Shown: positions 47,684 to 57,750 of the stretch, piece after piece
Position numbering within the stretch: the first letter of the stretch is position 1
Layout: each line of letters opens with the position of its first letter
Assembly (NCBI GenBank): GCA_041674845.1
Contig: JBAYUY010000001.1
Span: 33,962 to 97,961 of the forward strand
Length of the DNA: 64,000 bases
Reading direction: 5' to 3'
Origin: Candidatus Shapirobacteria bacterium
GTDB lineage: Bacteria > Patescibacteriota > Microgenomatia > UBA12405
Notes under the pieces: model-generated
Told to the model about the DNA's origin: nothing
Database searches by the model: none
What the model saw: the letters and a program-made list of their open reading frames with translations, nothing else
Program-made: the position numbers and the translations under genes

Positions 47684-49255
47684 ACTTGGATTTGCAGGTC
47701 GCAAATCATCATATTTAGCCATGATTTCCGTATACTTTTGAGGTTCCAGCCAACCTTTATATTTACTGTCCCAGTTTTGTTTATTGGCCAGTACTCCATA
47801 TTCAGGTTTTAGGTCAACTTCCAGCATTTTGTCAGGTTTAAGTAATAGGTTCTCGCCAACAGTTAGAAGTATCATTTGTCTGTCTTCTCTAGTACCTATT
47901 TTAAACTTATTCTGACACGCCTTAGCAAAATCAATAGTCTTTTCTACTTTTACTCTCCAGTCCTCCAAATCTTCATCTGTATTTGCTAATTTTGACTTAA
48001 TTTCATTTTTTTCCTTCTCAAGATTTTGTTTCTTTTCCTTGTAAGTCGCATCGTCTATACTTTCATCCAACTTCATGTCCAAAAGCCTATTTAATCGGAT
48101 TTCTACCTTGGATAATTGGGATTGTTGATTTTTTAGTTTTTCCTCCTTAAAACCAGACTCATCCTTGTGAACAGCAGATAACCATTTATTTGACCAGTCA
48201 ACAAAATCTTGGTCGGGAGCTAAACTGGCTAAAATTTTATCAATTTGATTTAAAATGTCATTCTCGGTCAGTGGTTTTGAATGGCATTGTATATTTTTAT
48301 TTTTTCTAGTGCAGTAATAATAAACATAGGTAGCTGTTCTGCCAGTACCCTTGTAATACTTTATTTTTTGCGTTGCCGTCATTGCAGAGCCACACTCAGT
48401 ACAGCGAAATAGACCAGTCAAATCAAAAGTATGTTTTCTGGCAATCGGTTTTCCAAACTTGCCCAAAGCTCTTTGAACTACATCAAACTCTTCCCTGGTA
48501 ATCATTGGTGTGTGGGATCCTTTAAACCAGTTTCCAGAGTTCTTAGGCCATTCATACTCGCCATAATAAAATGGTTTTGTTAATAAATTGTAAAATGTTG
48601 ATTGAGAAATGACTCTTCCTTGCTGACTGGTTAATTTCCATTCTTCTGAAACTTCACGGTAAACTTCGCATGGCTGTTTCCCTGAAATTACTTCAGCAAA
48701 CATTCTTTTTACTAAAGGAAACCTTTCCTCATCAATAACTATTTCCTTAAACCCCTTTTTGCCAGTTGGTGTATTTTTGTATCCTAGTGTGGCAGGAGCA
48801 GGATACCAACCCATCTCCGCCTTAGTTTTCATACCTCTCTGACTATTTTTACCAAGATCGTCTATGAATTTTTGTGCCATACCAAATTCTAAGGACATCA
48901 ACAGACTGTCTTCGTTTATTTGAGAATACGTTTTACTAGGGGTAATGATTTCCACCTTCAAGTCTTTCATTGCCCAACTGATAGCACCACCATCAACGGG
49001 ATTTCTTGATAGTCTGTCTAATTTCCAGCATAAAATACCTTCGGCATCACCCTTTGCTAGTCCAGACATCATTTCTGCGAATAGTGGTCTGCCTGGAGCT
49101 TTTGCAGACATTGACTCCTCAAAAGTTTCAATAATTGTTAATTCAGCCTTATTGGCGAACTGTCTAAGTTCTTTAACCTGAGAAGGAAGAGATAACATTT
49201 GTTTATCCTCACCTTCTGACGATCTCCTGCAATACATGTATACTCTTTTTTTCAT
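47642..49255 (-). CDS. large serine recombinase
   Basis: YCRRSSEGE nucleophile motif; recombinase domain; zinc ribbon CTECGS...YYCTRKNKNIQC; coiled-coil. The last 14 codons are encoded by the tRNA-Asn 3' half. Confidence 0.85.
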   Translation of the reverse strand: MKKRVYMYCRRSSEGEDKQMLSLPSQVKELRQFANKAELTIIETFEESMSAKAPGRPLFAEMMSGLAKGDAEGILCWKLDRLSRNPVDGGAISWAMKDLKVEIITPSKTYSQINEDSLLMSLEFGMAQKFIDDLGKNSQRGMKTKAEMGWYPAPATLGYKNTPTGKKGFKEIVIDEERFPLVKRMFAEVISGKQPCEVYREVSEEWKLTSQQGRVISQSTFYNLLTKPFYYGEYEWPKNSGNWFKGSHTPMITREEFDVVQRALGKFGKPIARKHTFDLTGLFRCTECGSAMTATQKIKYYKGTGRTATYVYYYCTRKNKNIQCHSKPLTENDILNQIDKILASLAPDQDFVDWSNKWLSAVHKDESGFKEEKLKNQQSQLSKVEIRLNRLLDMKLDESIDDATYKEKKQNLEKEKNEIKSKLANTDEDLEDWRVKVEKTIDFAKACQNKFKIGTREDRQMILLTVGENLLLKPDKMLEVDLKPEYGVLANKQNWDSKYKGWLEPQKYTEIMAKYDDLRPANPSWLPRVDSDHKPSA

Positions 49256-49274
49256 AGTTCACTTTTTAAAAAAT

Positions 49275-49356
49275 AATGCCCCCACTAGTGCAACCAGAAC
49301 CGTAAAGTCCTGTCTAGTGAGGGCATTAAAAAACTCTACGGATTTTCTGGTTGCAC
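49275..49356 (-). promoter_or_regulatory. interleaved inverted repeats upstream of the recombinase gene
   Basis: A=AATGCCCCCACTAG (49275-88), B=TGCAACCAGAACCGTA (49289-304), A'=CTAGTGAGGGCATT (49314-27), B'=TACGG-att-TTCTGGTTGCA (49337-55). The order A-B-A'-B' is followed by a T-run on the minus strand after A. Confidence 0.5.
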
Positions 49357-49473
49357 TTATATTTTATATCTTTTTGTAATCCAATTCATCTTATTGGAAG
49401 TAGGCACTATAACCATAATTAAATATTTTTTAATTATTACTTTATAGTCATATAACTATATAATTAATAGTTA

Positions 49474-49773
49474 CTATCTATTAACCCCTTCGCCTTTATC
49501 TAATTTATCTTTATAGGCGTCGTAAATTTGTGATTCTAATGCTTCCCAACACATTGAGTCCTCAAAATAGACTTTTGGGAAATACCTCACTCCTTTGAAC
49601 AAAGTTGGTGGTTCAATATTGATATGCTCACCTAACCTCTCATTAAGATAAGCACTTTTCCAAATGGCAAAATCCTTAATTATTATCATCCCGTATTCAC
49701 TGGTATGCATTTCTACGTTTGCATTTGCTAATAAATTACCTTTGTTCTTAATTTTTATTTTTATGTCAGACAT
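49474..49773 (-). CDS. hypothetical protein, weakly SpoVG-like
   Basis: 99 aa; IKIKNKGNLLANANVEM...IIIKDFAIW pattern resembles the SpoVG N-terminus. Confidence 0.3.
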   Translation of the reverse strand: MSDIKIKIKNKGNLLANANVEMHTSEYGMIIIKDFAIWKSAYLNERLGEHINIEPPTLFKGVRYFPKVYFEDSMCWEALESQIYDAYKDKLDKGEGVNR

Positions 49774-49788
49774 TCTTTTATAAAATAA

Positions 49789-50016
49789 TTAACAGTCAAT
49801 ATCCAAAAAAGCGTCCAATGCCTCAAACAAGTCTTTCTCGCTAAAGTACACCCCCTCATTACCCCCGGACCGATAAGTAACACGTAAGTCAAAAGAGCAA
49901 TTTTGAAATTTATTTACCTTAAGAAAATGGAATATTTTACGTGATTTCCTACTGCTTAAACTTTTAACTACTTTTGAGTCCAAGACAACTTTTACTGAGA
50001 TCTTAGGTTTGATCAT
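49789..50016 (-). CDS. hypothetical 75-aa protein
   Basis: ORF in a co-directional tight gene string. Confidence 0.4.
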   Translation of the reverse strand: MIKPKISVKVVLDSKVVKSLSSRKSRKIFHFLKVNKFQNCSFDLRVTYRSGGNEGVYFSEKDLFEALDAFLDIDC

Positions 50017-50158
50017 TTTTTGTTTTTGATGAAATTAATAACCTTAGACTTAAAAATTGTTTTGCCTTGATTTCGGACTCGTTATAATCCAAAAGAACCC
50101 CAAACTTTTGCTGATAAATTTTTTGGAAATCAACCACCGCTTCTTTAGGCAAGTTCAT
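50003..50158 (-). CDS. hypothetical 51-aa protein (unlisted)
   Basis: Hand-translated MNLPKEAVVDFQKIYQQKFGVLLDYNESEIKAKQFLSLRLLISSKTKNDQT; ATGA overlap with the upstream gene stop. Confidence 0.35.
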   Translation of the reverse strand: MNLPKEAVVDFQKIYQQKFGVLLDYNESEIKAKQFLSLRLLISSKTKNDQT

Positions 50159-50403
50159 AAGATTTCATACATTCTTGCCTTTAAATCTTTAATTTGGGTA
50201 AAATGCTCGCAGGCATCAACAGAAAGCCTTTTATTCCAGTAATCGGAAACTAATTTATGGAGTTGTGGGGTATTTTCAAAACAGAACACACAGTTTTTGT
50301 CGGTTGGAGATTTTTCAATCTCAAGAACAGGACAGAACAGAGATAGGGCACTAGCCAAGGCTAACGAGTTGGTTTTATAGTAATATGTATTTTTATCTTT
50401 CAC
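50155..50403 (-). CDS. DUF5659-like small protein
   Basis: YKTNSLALASALSLF...EIEKSPTDKNCVFCFE pattern; paralog at 60543-60779. Confidence 0.5.
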   Translation of the reverse strand: MKDKNTYYYKTNSLALASALSLFCPVLEIEKSPTDKNCVFCFENTPQLHKLVSDYWNKRLSVDACEHFTQIKDLKARMYEIL

Positions 50404-50478
50404 TCAGCAATTTTCCGCCAAGGACGTTCTCTTTTTTATGAGGGTCTTTGTCGGAAAAAGTTCGGAAATTAATTATTC

Positions 50479-51165
50479 TTATTTTGCGTATCTTAAGGAA
50501 ATTTTGTATCCAACACCTCTAATATTTCTCACAAATTGTTTAGCAGTTTTAATAGTCAATCCAACGGAGTTGGTTAGATAATTTAATAAGTCATCCCTGG
50601 TTTCATAAATTTGCTGTTCGGCAATCCTAGGATCTGTCTTTCTCATTTTGTCTAAGCCGAACTCTCTATCAATTTCCTTAAACGATACATATCCTGGGTA
50701 TTTATAAAGTAACAACTTTAATAATTTAATACCATTTTTACCCAATGGTAGATCAAATTTAGTTGTTTTGTAGGTAATTGTGCTTTCTTTTAAATCTATT
50801 GAAATCCTAAATTTAAAGTTAAACAGATTTTTATTGTCATTTCCTACGCGTGCTTTAAGCAGTCGCAAGTAATTTTCTAATGCTTCTTCATCAAGACTAA
50901 ATATAAATAATGGGGCGTTTGTTTGAGGTTTGTTATTTAGCCATCCATCCATGTCTCCTGTAAGTGTGTATCTTGTGTTGCCAGAATTCTCGCAGACATT
51001 TTCAATTACAGCCATTATTTGTTCGTCCGTAGCTAAAGATAAGTTTTGTTGGATATGGTCATACTCAACGTCAATACACTGTGACGTTGCAGCGAACTGG
51101 CTATAAGAGATTAATAAGTCAATCAATTTAATTTGAAGACGATTGAACGGTGTATCAATTTTCAT
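50479..51165 (-). CDS. DNA-binding protein with C-terminal OmpR/PhoB-type winged helix
   Basis: LLKLLLYKYPGYVSFKEI...VRNIRGVGYKISL. Confidence 0.55.
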   Translation of the reverse strand: MKIDTPFNRLQIKLIDLLISYSQFAATSQCIDVEYDHIQQNLSLATDEQIMAVIENVCENSGNTRYTLTGDMDGWLNNKPQTNAPLFIFSLDEEALENYLRLLKARVGNDNKNLFNFKFRISIDLKESTITYKTTKFDLPLGKNGIKLLKLLLYKYPGYVSFKEIDREFGLDKMRKTDPRIAEQQIYETRDDLLNYLTNSVGLTIKTAKQFVRNIRGVGYKISLRYAK

Positions 51166-51232
51166 ACTTATATATATTTGAATCTACCGTATTATCTCCT
51201 ATTTACACTGAAAAATGTCTGGAATATGTGGA

Positions 51233-51472
51233 TCAGAGAAGTGGACGAACAACGTAGTACATGAACATTAGGAATAAGCCAGGCAGTAAGGATATAATTG
51301 CAGCCACCTTAACCTCTTTGTTTTTATGTATTGAAAACAGTAAGGGAATTATGAAAAGTGAAACGATATTTATCGGGCTCTTGTCCCAAAAGTAACCAGT
51401 TAATTGATTAAAGGCATACGAAGAAAGTAAAAATAGTCCAATCCATAAAAACACAATCTTTTTAATTTCCAT
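51233..51472 (-). CDS. small membrane protein (79 aa, 3 TM)
   Basis: Hydrophobic segments only. Confidence 0.4.
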   Translation of the reverse strand: MEIKKIVFLWIGLFLLSSYAFNQLTGYFWDKSPINIVSLFIIPLLFSIHKNKEVKVAAIISLLPGLFLMFMYYVVRPLL

Positions 51473-51502
51473 TTATATTCTTTAATGATTAATATATAAA
51501 CT

Positions 51503-51964
51503 CTAGCGATTTATAAATAACACAACTGCTGAAATTAGCAAAGCTAAAACACATATTGCTACTACATTCTTTTGGGAAGTTGACCAGCTATTAATTTCTG
51601 CCGACTCCTTTGGATATAAACTAGCCAATACTTCTGGGTGCTTAAATAATAGGGGAGCCGTTCCGACTAGCGAGTACAAAGCGTAATTAAAAATTGGTAG
51701 TGAGTCAGAAATATACTTCAGAATCTGAAGAGACGAGCCAATCAGAAAAATACCTACAAAGCTTAAACCCGATATATATGCCAGTTTTTTAGTCCAATCA
51801 CCTGACTTAAAACGCTCTTGTTTTAATAGTGAATAAAATGCAATTGGAAACAAAATTGCAAAAATGACAACAACTATTGGAGCTACTGTGTCCAAAAGCA
51901 TACACATTGGTAAATCTGGGTTAGTACTACAAGCTTGGTTTATTTGATAGCTTAATACGCTCAT
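51503..51964 (-). CDS. membrane protein (153 aa, 4 TM)
   Basis: Hydrophobic segments only. Confidence 0.4.
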   Translation of the reverse strand: MSVLSYQINQACSTNPDLPMCMLLDTVAPIVVVIFAILFPIAFYSLLKQERFKSGDWTKKLAYISGLSFVGIFLIGSSLQILKYISDSLPIFNYALYSLVGTAPLLFKHPEVLASLYPKESAEINSWSTSQKNVVAICVLALLISAVVLFINR

Positions 51965-51991
51965 ATTGATGTTTATGCCACCGATTTAACT

Positions 51992-52008
51992 ATTAACCTG
52001 TGGTTAAT
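51992..52008. promoter_or_regulatory. operator palindrome O1
   Basis: ATTAACC-TGT-GGTTAAT perfect 7-bp arms in the divergent region between 51964 and 52087. Confidence 0.55.
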
Positions 52009-52036
52009 GAAAATATACCATATTTGTGCCCAAAAC

Positions 52037-52052
52037 ATAACCAGTGGTTAAT
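52037..52052. promoter_or_regulatory. operator palindrome O2
   Basis: TAACC-AGT-GGTTA core; centre is 44 bp from the O1 centre. Confidence 0.5.
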
Positions 52053-52086
52053 AAACTTATTCTGGATAGATTGGTAACTTTGTTTG

Positions 52087-52305
52087 ATGGAAGACAGGAA
52101 AATTACCCAAAAGGATATACAATTCGGGAGAAAACTTCAAAGAGTCAGGAAAAAAGCTGGTTTAACTCAAGAAAAGCTTGCGGATGAGACACGACTTAGC
52201 ACCACATTTATCGGATTGATTGAAACTGGTAGGAGAAGACCAAGTATGAAGACGCTTCAAAAAATAGCCTCCTCATTGGATATAAACATCAAAGATTTGT
52301 TTTAA
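52087..52305 (+). CDS. XRE-family HTH regulator
   Basis: GRKLQRVRKKAGLTQEKLADETRLSTTFIGLIETGRRRPS. Confidence 0.8.
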   Translation: MEDRKITQKDIQFGRKLQRVRKKAGLTQEKLADETRLSTTFIGLIETGRRRPSMKTLQKIASSLDINIKDLF

Positions 52306-52722
52306 GTCACGCCAGTTAATTATTTTATTTAGGCATGACAGCCTGAGTATATGATTAATTTTGTAGTCAAAACTCAATCACTGTAGTACAGCAAATAATT
52401 GTGTGTTTAGGCCAAAAAAGGATATGAATCTCCGCTTTTCGCTATTATCTTAACCAAATGTAAAACCGTTGTTAATAATCAGTTGGTGTTCTCAAAAGTA
52501 ATTTAATTTGTTAATAGATAAATAAAATGAACGACTTTCGCACATTACTATGAACTTGTTTCACGAGGTAACCATTTCCTCAAAAACAAGTAAACAGCGT
52601 AAACAAGAGACACATTTTACATATAAAGTTTATATATACGAAAAAAAGTAAAAAAAAATCGCCGTATTTATCGCAAAAATAGATAGTAGAAATAGGTAAA
52701 ACAAACTGTTACGATAATGTAG

Positions 52723-53826
52723 GTGAATATAAAATCCGTAGAAAACATAGTTGAGTCGTTCGTTTTTAATGATAATACAAAAGTACTCAGTATTTTATAT
52801 GAAGAACTAAAAAAGGCGAAAGATAGTAAAAAAACTAATTTAGCAAGGAGAATCCAACTATTAATTAGAAAAATACCCAAAAGCCGAATTATTAGCTCTC
52901 AAGGTACTAACTATTTTTCTGGTAATGAGGGAAGCATTCCTAATCCACTTTACGAAAGATTTATTTCCACGACCCCACTGGAAGAAGTAATACTTAACGA
53001 AGATGCAAAAACACTAATCCACCAGTTCATAGAAGAGTGGAATAATATTGATAGGCTAACTGAATTTGGTGTCAGACCAGCGAATAAGTTGCTGTTTTTT
53101 GGCCCTCCAGGTACCGGAAAAACAAAACTAGCATATGCTATTGCAAGTAGCTTAAATATTCCACTTATATTAATTAGACTAGATGAAGTTATATCGTCAT
53201 ATTTAGGTAAAACTGGGAAAAATATCAGAGAAATATTTGATTTAGCAGGTAAAGAAAAGTCTTTAATATTTTTAGACGAAATTGATACCCTTGCTAAACA
53301 TCGTGATGACGAAACTGAATTGGGAGAGCTAAAAAGGGTGGTGACTGTTCTATTGCAAAATATAGATAGTTTTCCAGAAGAATCAATTTTAATAGGTGCA
53401 ACTAATCACGAAAATTTACTTGACAATGCAATATGGCGTAGATTTCCGGTAAAAGTAAACTTTAATTTACCAAATAATAACAGTAGATTAAAACTTTTTG
53501 AACTGTATCTACATCCTTTCAAGTTAGATGTAGATATAAACTTATTGGCGAAAACAACTAAAGGGTTCAGTGGGTCCATGATTAACGATGCGTGTGAAAT
53601 GATGAAAAAGTATACGATCATGTCTCACTCAACAAAATTAAATGTAATAAATGCTTTTAAAGGAATCTTGTACATCTTAGGCTCTCGCAATAATGGAACC
53701 GATATTAAAACTAAAAAAACAGTATATAACATTTTAAGTTTTTTATATAAAAACGGATTTACTCTTAAAGACCTTAGTAAAATATCTTCCATTCCATATA
53801 CAACATTGGTGGATAATATTAAATAA
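52723..53826 (+). CDS. classical AAA+ ATPase (IetA-like)
   Basis: GTG start; Walker A GPPGTGKT; Walker B LIFLDEID; sensor-1 GATNHENLLD; Arg-finger region AIWRRF. Confidence 0.8.
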   Translation: MNIKSVENIVESFVFNDNTKVLSILYEELKKAKDSKKTNLARRIQLLIRKIPKSRIISSQGTNYFSGNEGSIPNPLYERFISTTPLEEVILNEDAKTLIHQFIEEWNNIDRLTEFGVRPANKLLFFGPPGTGKTKLAYAIASSLNIPLILIRLDEVISSYLGKTGKNIREIFDLAGKEKSLIFLDEIDTLAKHRDDETELGELKRVVTVLLQNIDSFPEESILIGATNHENLLDNAIWRRFPVKVNFNLPNNNSRLKLFELYLHPFKLDVDINLLAKTTKGFSGSMINDACEMMKKYTIMSHSTKLNVINAFKGILYILGSRNNGTDIKTKKTVYNILSFLYKNGFTLKDLSKISSIPYTTLVDNIK

Positions 53827-56240
53827 TGTTAAGTAAAATACTAGTACCTAGAAATACAGCAAAAAGAAGTGTGCCTTTTGGTCGGGATGATTTTATGGAA
53901 AAGTTTTGGCTCGGCTTTAATGAGCCGGAGAAATACGAGTCAAAGAAAAAGCTAATCTCTGAGAAGATTCAATCATTAACCTCAAAAGTAAAAGATGACC
54001 ATTGGCTATATGCAGAGATAAAACTAAACGATGACTCAAATACTAAATCTAAACAGCCATCCCTAGTTTGGTCGCAAAGTGGTTTGGACATTGTTTCTGC
54101 TGTTGATTCCCAAAATTACATTATCGGTGGTAAAAAAAATGATTTTGAAAGACTAGATAAAATTATAAGTTCAAGTAAATTTTCTATTGCAAAAACCGGA
54201 GACGGAGTAAGTAAAAAAACAAAGAATTTATATAGAGAAATATACACAATATCAGACTTTACTGATAAGAATACTTCGTATACAGGTAGAGTTGACGCAC
54301 AAATAGAAGAGCTAATCTCAAAGAAAGAATTTGAAACAGATCTGCTCTGTATATTGGAAATCAACTCAAACATTAATAGATCGGAATATGAAGATATCTA
54401 TTTGCAGATCAACTCATTTGTTGGTGACAAAAAAATCAAAAAGCTACCAATAGAGTTATTTATACATAATATGCAATATCAGGGAGCATTCAAGGTCAAA
54501 GAAATTTTTGGCCTGCTTACAGATATCAGATATTCCTATATTTCCCGTATTAAAATTATGCCTTCATACTCATGTCAAAACTGCATACCTAACTATGATC
54601 TTGGAGAAATAAAAATACTTCCTCCAGAGACCAATGAAATTATTGGAATAATTGATAGCGGCATTGATGATAAAAGCAAAATTTTTAACTCCTTAAAATT
54701 CCTTCATTTGAATCGTACGCCAGATGATAAGAAATGCAACAAAAACCACGGAACTTTTGTTGCTAGCCGTATATTATTTGGAGATAAGATATTTAATTCG
54801 GTCCATAACGGTTATTTAGCTCCTTCTGCAAAGTTTCTTGATATTCAAGTCTTGTATGACAACAATCAAGGTGACGGCGATACTGATGTGGACACAGTCC
54901 AACTGAAAACAGTAATTGACGAAGTGATAAACAAGTATGAGGATATACATATTTACAACCTTTCAATTAATGACAAAGAAGGCATACGATATGACATAAT
55001 GCCAGTTGATGATTTATCTGAGTTTATTGATGAACGAGTCCGAGAGAAGGATATTATTTTTGTTGTAAGTAGCGGAAATCATAAATTTTATCCTTCAGGT
55101 GACTACAAAAAGAATCCAGATGACTATTACAAAATATTTTCCGATAATACCACTGATACTCACATTGCGTCACCTGGAGATGCGCTAAATGTAATTACAG
55201 TAGGTTCAAATTCTTTAAATGCGGACAATAATTGTATCTGTAAAGTACAAGGATATCCGTCTCCTTTTACAAGAAAAGGTGGGTTGCGAGGCGGCTGGAA
55301 AAAACCCGAATTGGTAATGGACGGAGGAAACATCTTAGCTCCAAATAATCCTGCTGACTTCAGTGATGATGCCTTTTCGGAGGTTAGTAACAATAAATGT
55401 GGTGTTGAAGGAATAACTTTGGGTGGCAAGTTGTCAAAACAGTGTGGAAGCAGTTTTAGTACCCCACTAGTAACAAGACAGTGTGCATATTTGCTAGATA
55501 ATATTAAGAAGACAAACGCATCAAGTTTGTTAAAGCTTAACGGGAATAGAATAAATCTTGTTAAAGCGTTAATGATTCATTCAACAAATAAAATCCCTCA
55601 AGCTAAGATTGATGACAAAGATTTAAAACTGGCATACGGTTTTGGTGTCCCTGACATAGGAACTCTATTGCGGGATGATGAAAATCAAGTATCTATTGTC
55701 TATAGTGATATCTTGGAATATGATAAAAAAATTCACAAGTTACAAATAAAAATACCAGACGAGTTAGTAGGTGGTTCGGCTGAATTCATTTTCACATTGG
55801 TTTACAATCCTCCTGTAAATAAGAATTATCCAAGTGAATATAACATGACTTCAATTAATTCAAATTTGAGGTTTGTTTTGCCACCAAAGCTAAATACAAA
55901 GACAAATAAATTTGTACAAAACTATAGTCCCCTGATAAACAAATGGAGTTGGGAAAATTATCGTAAAAAATTCTTTAACGTAATTAACTTCAAGAACATT
56001 AAACAAAAAATCCCTTCCACTCTAATTGAAGTTTACGCTCAATTGTCTGTATCACCCTTCTATTTACAGGAAAAACTGGGTCATGAAAAAGAAATACTAC
56101 AACCATACACCTTTGTTCTGACCATAAGAGATGTTTTAAAAAGGAATATTTTACGCAACGAACTACTGTTAAGTAATCAGTTTAATAAGATTGAAATCTC
56201 GCAACAAGTTAAAATAAAAACAGAAATCAATACAAAATAA
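53826..56240 (+). CDS. S8 subtilisin-like serine protease with large N- and C-terminal extensions (IetS-like)
   Basis: Triad motifs IIDSGID (Asp), NHGTFVAS (His), GSSFSTP (Ser); TAATG overlap with the ATPase gene. Confidence 0.8.
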   Translation: MLSKILVPRNTAKRSVPFGRDDFMEKFWLGFNEPEKYESKKKLISEKIQSLTSKVKDDHWLYAEIKLNDDSNTKSKQPSLVWSQSGLDIVSAVDSQNYIIGGKKNDFERLDKIISSSKFSIAKTGDGVSKKTKNLYREIYTISDFTDKNTSYTGRVDAQIEELISKKEFETDLLCILEINSNINRSEYEDIYLQINSFVGDKKIKKLPIELFIHNMQYQGAFKVKEIFGLLTDIRYSYISRIKIMPSYSCQNCIPNYDLGEIKILPPETNEIIGIIDSGIDDKSKIFNSLKFLHLNRTPDDKKCNKNHGTFVASRILFGDKIFNSVHNGYLAPSAKFLDIQVLYDNNQGDGDTDVDTVQLKTVIDEVINKYEDIHIYNLSINDKEGIRYDIMPVDDLSEFIDERVREKDIIFVVSSGNHKFYPSGDYKKNPDDYYKIFSDNTTDTHIASPGDALNVITVGSNSLNADNNCICKVQGYPSPFTRKGGLRGGWKKPELVMDGGNILAPNNPADFSDDAFSEVSNNKCGVEGITLGGKLSKQCGSSFSTPLVTRQCAYLLDNIKKTNASSLLKLNGNRINLVKALMIHSTNKIPQAKIDDKDLKLAYGFGVPDIGTLLRDDENQVSIVYSDILEYDKKIHKLQIKIPDELVGGSAEFIFTLVYNPPVNKNYPSEYNMTSINSNLRFVLPPKLNTKTNKFVQNYSPLINKWSWENYRKKFFNVINFKNIKQKIPSTLIEVYAQLSVSPFYLQEKLGHEKEILQPYTFVLTIRDVLKRNILRNELLLSNQFNKIEISQQVKIKTEINTK

Positions 56241-56432
56241 TCTCTTTATTCCTGACTTTGTCGTCTCCAATAATAAAGTATTAAGAAACAGTCTAGCTTT
56301 CATGTCCACAGCATCTGTTGCAAATTTTTCATCAATCAAAGTTTCTTTTAATCCTTATATTTTTACTTACAAACCGCTTTACTAGACATACATTCAAAAG
56401 TGAGGGGTGGGTGGGGTGTTATACAATAACTT

Positions 56433-57689
56433 ATGGGTCCAATAATAATATTTGATAAGTCAGCACTTCAATCAATTAGCTTGGATGAATCAGTTTTTCT
56501 TCAAAACTTTTTTCTAACGAATATGACACCTATTTTTTTAATTGAAACTCTTGCTGACTTGGAGAAGGAACCAAATAAAGGGAAAAGCCCAGAGCAAATA
56601 GTAGGCGAGTTGGCAAATAAGACACCGGAAATGGGGATTATGCCTAATATATATCATCATAATTTAGTTATTGGAGATTTGTTGGGGCGTACCGTTGAGA
56701 TGAGCAGGCGTCCAATTATTGACGGTGGAACACCAAAAATTACACCAGATGGAAAGATAGGTTTTTACTTTGACGAGCCTCCAGAAAAAAAGGCGCTAAA
56801 AAGATGGCAAGACAGGAAGTTTTTAGAAGTAGAAAGAGATTATGCAAGAGAATGGAGACAATCATTGTCCAATCTCAGTTTTGAAACTCAAATGGGAATG
56901 GTAAAAAATATTGTCCCTCCAGAAGTACATTTTAGTAACCTTTCCGACATAAAGGCATTTATTGATAAATTTATTGCAACTAAAGATAAGTCTGTTCTTG
57001 ACTTAGCTTTTGAAATTCTGGAAGTACCAAGTAAATTACGCACTTTTGTTTACGAAAGGTGGAATAAGGATGGGCAACCACCTATTAATATTTTTTCGCC
57101 TTATGCATCTTTTGTCTTATCGGTTGATTTAGTTTTTTACTTGGGCTTAAATTCAAGCTTTATCTCTAAGGACAGGCCGAGTAATAAAATTGACCTTTCC
57201 TATCTTTATTACCTACCTTTTTGTATGGTATTCGTTTCAAAAGACAAACTTCACCAAAGAACAGTACCTCTATTCTTAAAAGAAGGACAGGTCTTTGTTT
57301 GGGGAGATGATTTTAAGGAGGGGATGAAAGAACTAGATAATTATTTTTCCCAGTATCAGGAAGAAATTAGTAAGCACGGACTTATCAGATTTGCCCCCTA
57401 CCCACCACAAAACTCTTTTATATCAAAGCTTTGGGACACAATGGGGTCAAAATGGAGAGGTGATGCAAGCAAAGCGCCGTTAGCAAAATCTTTTCCAACA
57501 CTACCCAATGACAGTTCATTAGTAAAACGTTTAAATAAGATGAGGGATGAAGCAAAACCGCTTGCTAATCCAGAGTTATATTCACCAGATGATGCCGACC
57601 ATGTAACTATTTCTCATATGGTTCACCTTAATAAGGGTAAATGGCGAATCCTTCCTGAAGGGATTGAAAATAACGGTGATAAAGATTAA
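56433..57689 (+). CDS. hypothetical 418-aa protein, possible split PIN-like nuclease
   Basis: N-terminal IIIFDKSALQSISL...LIETLADL and distal YYLPFCMVFVSKDK resemble PIN acidic motifs; weak. Confidence 0.3.
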   Translation: MGPIIIFDKSALQSISLDESVFLQNFFLTNMTPIFLIETLADLEKEPNKGKSPEQIVGELANKTPEMGIMPNIYHHNLVIGDLLGRTVEMSRRPIIDGGTPKITPDGKIGFYFDEPPEKKALKRWQDRKFLEVERDYAREWRQSLSNLSFETQMGMVKNIVPPEVHFSNLSDIKAFIDKFIATKDKSVLDLAFEILEVPSKLRTFVYERWNKDGQPPINIFSPYASFVLSVDLVFYLGLNSSFISKDRPSNKIDLSYLYYLPFCMVFVSKDKLHQRTVPLFLKEGQVFVWGDDFKEGMKELDNYFSQYQEEISKHGLIRFAPYPPQNSFISKLWDTMGSKWRGDASKAPLAKSFPTLPNDSSLVKRLNKMRDEAKPLANPELYSPDDADHVTISHMVHLNKGKWRILPEGIENNGDKD

Positions 57690-57750
57690 CTTTAAACCAT
57701 CTAATTATTGGTGTTATTATTTATTTAATATAGTCGTTTATTAAGAAAAT

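Noticed and set aside
56401-56417. G-rich tract GAGGGGTGGGTGGGGTG as a G-quadruplex
   Set aside because: It has only three G-runs. It more likely acts as an extended Shine-Dalgarno-like element for the gene at 56433.
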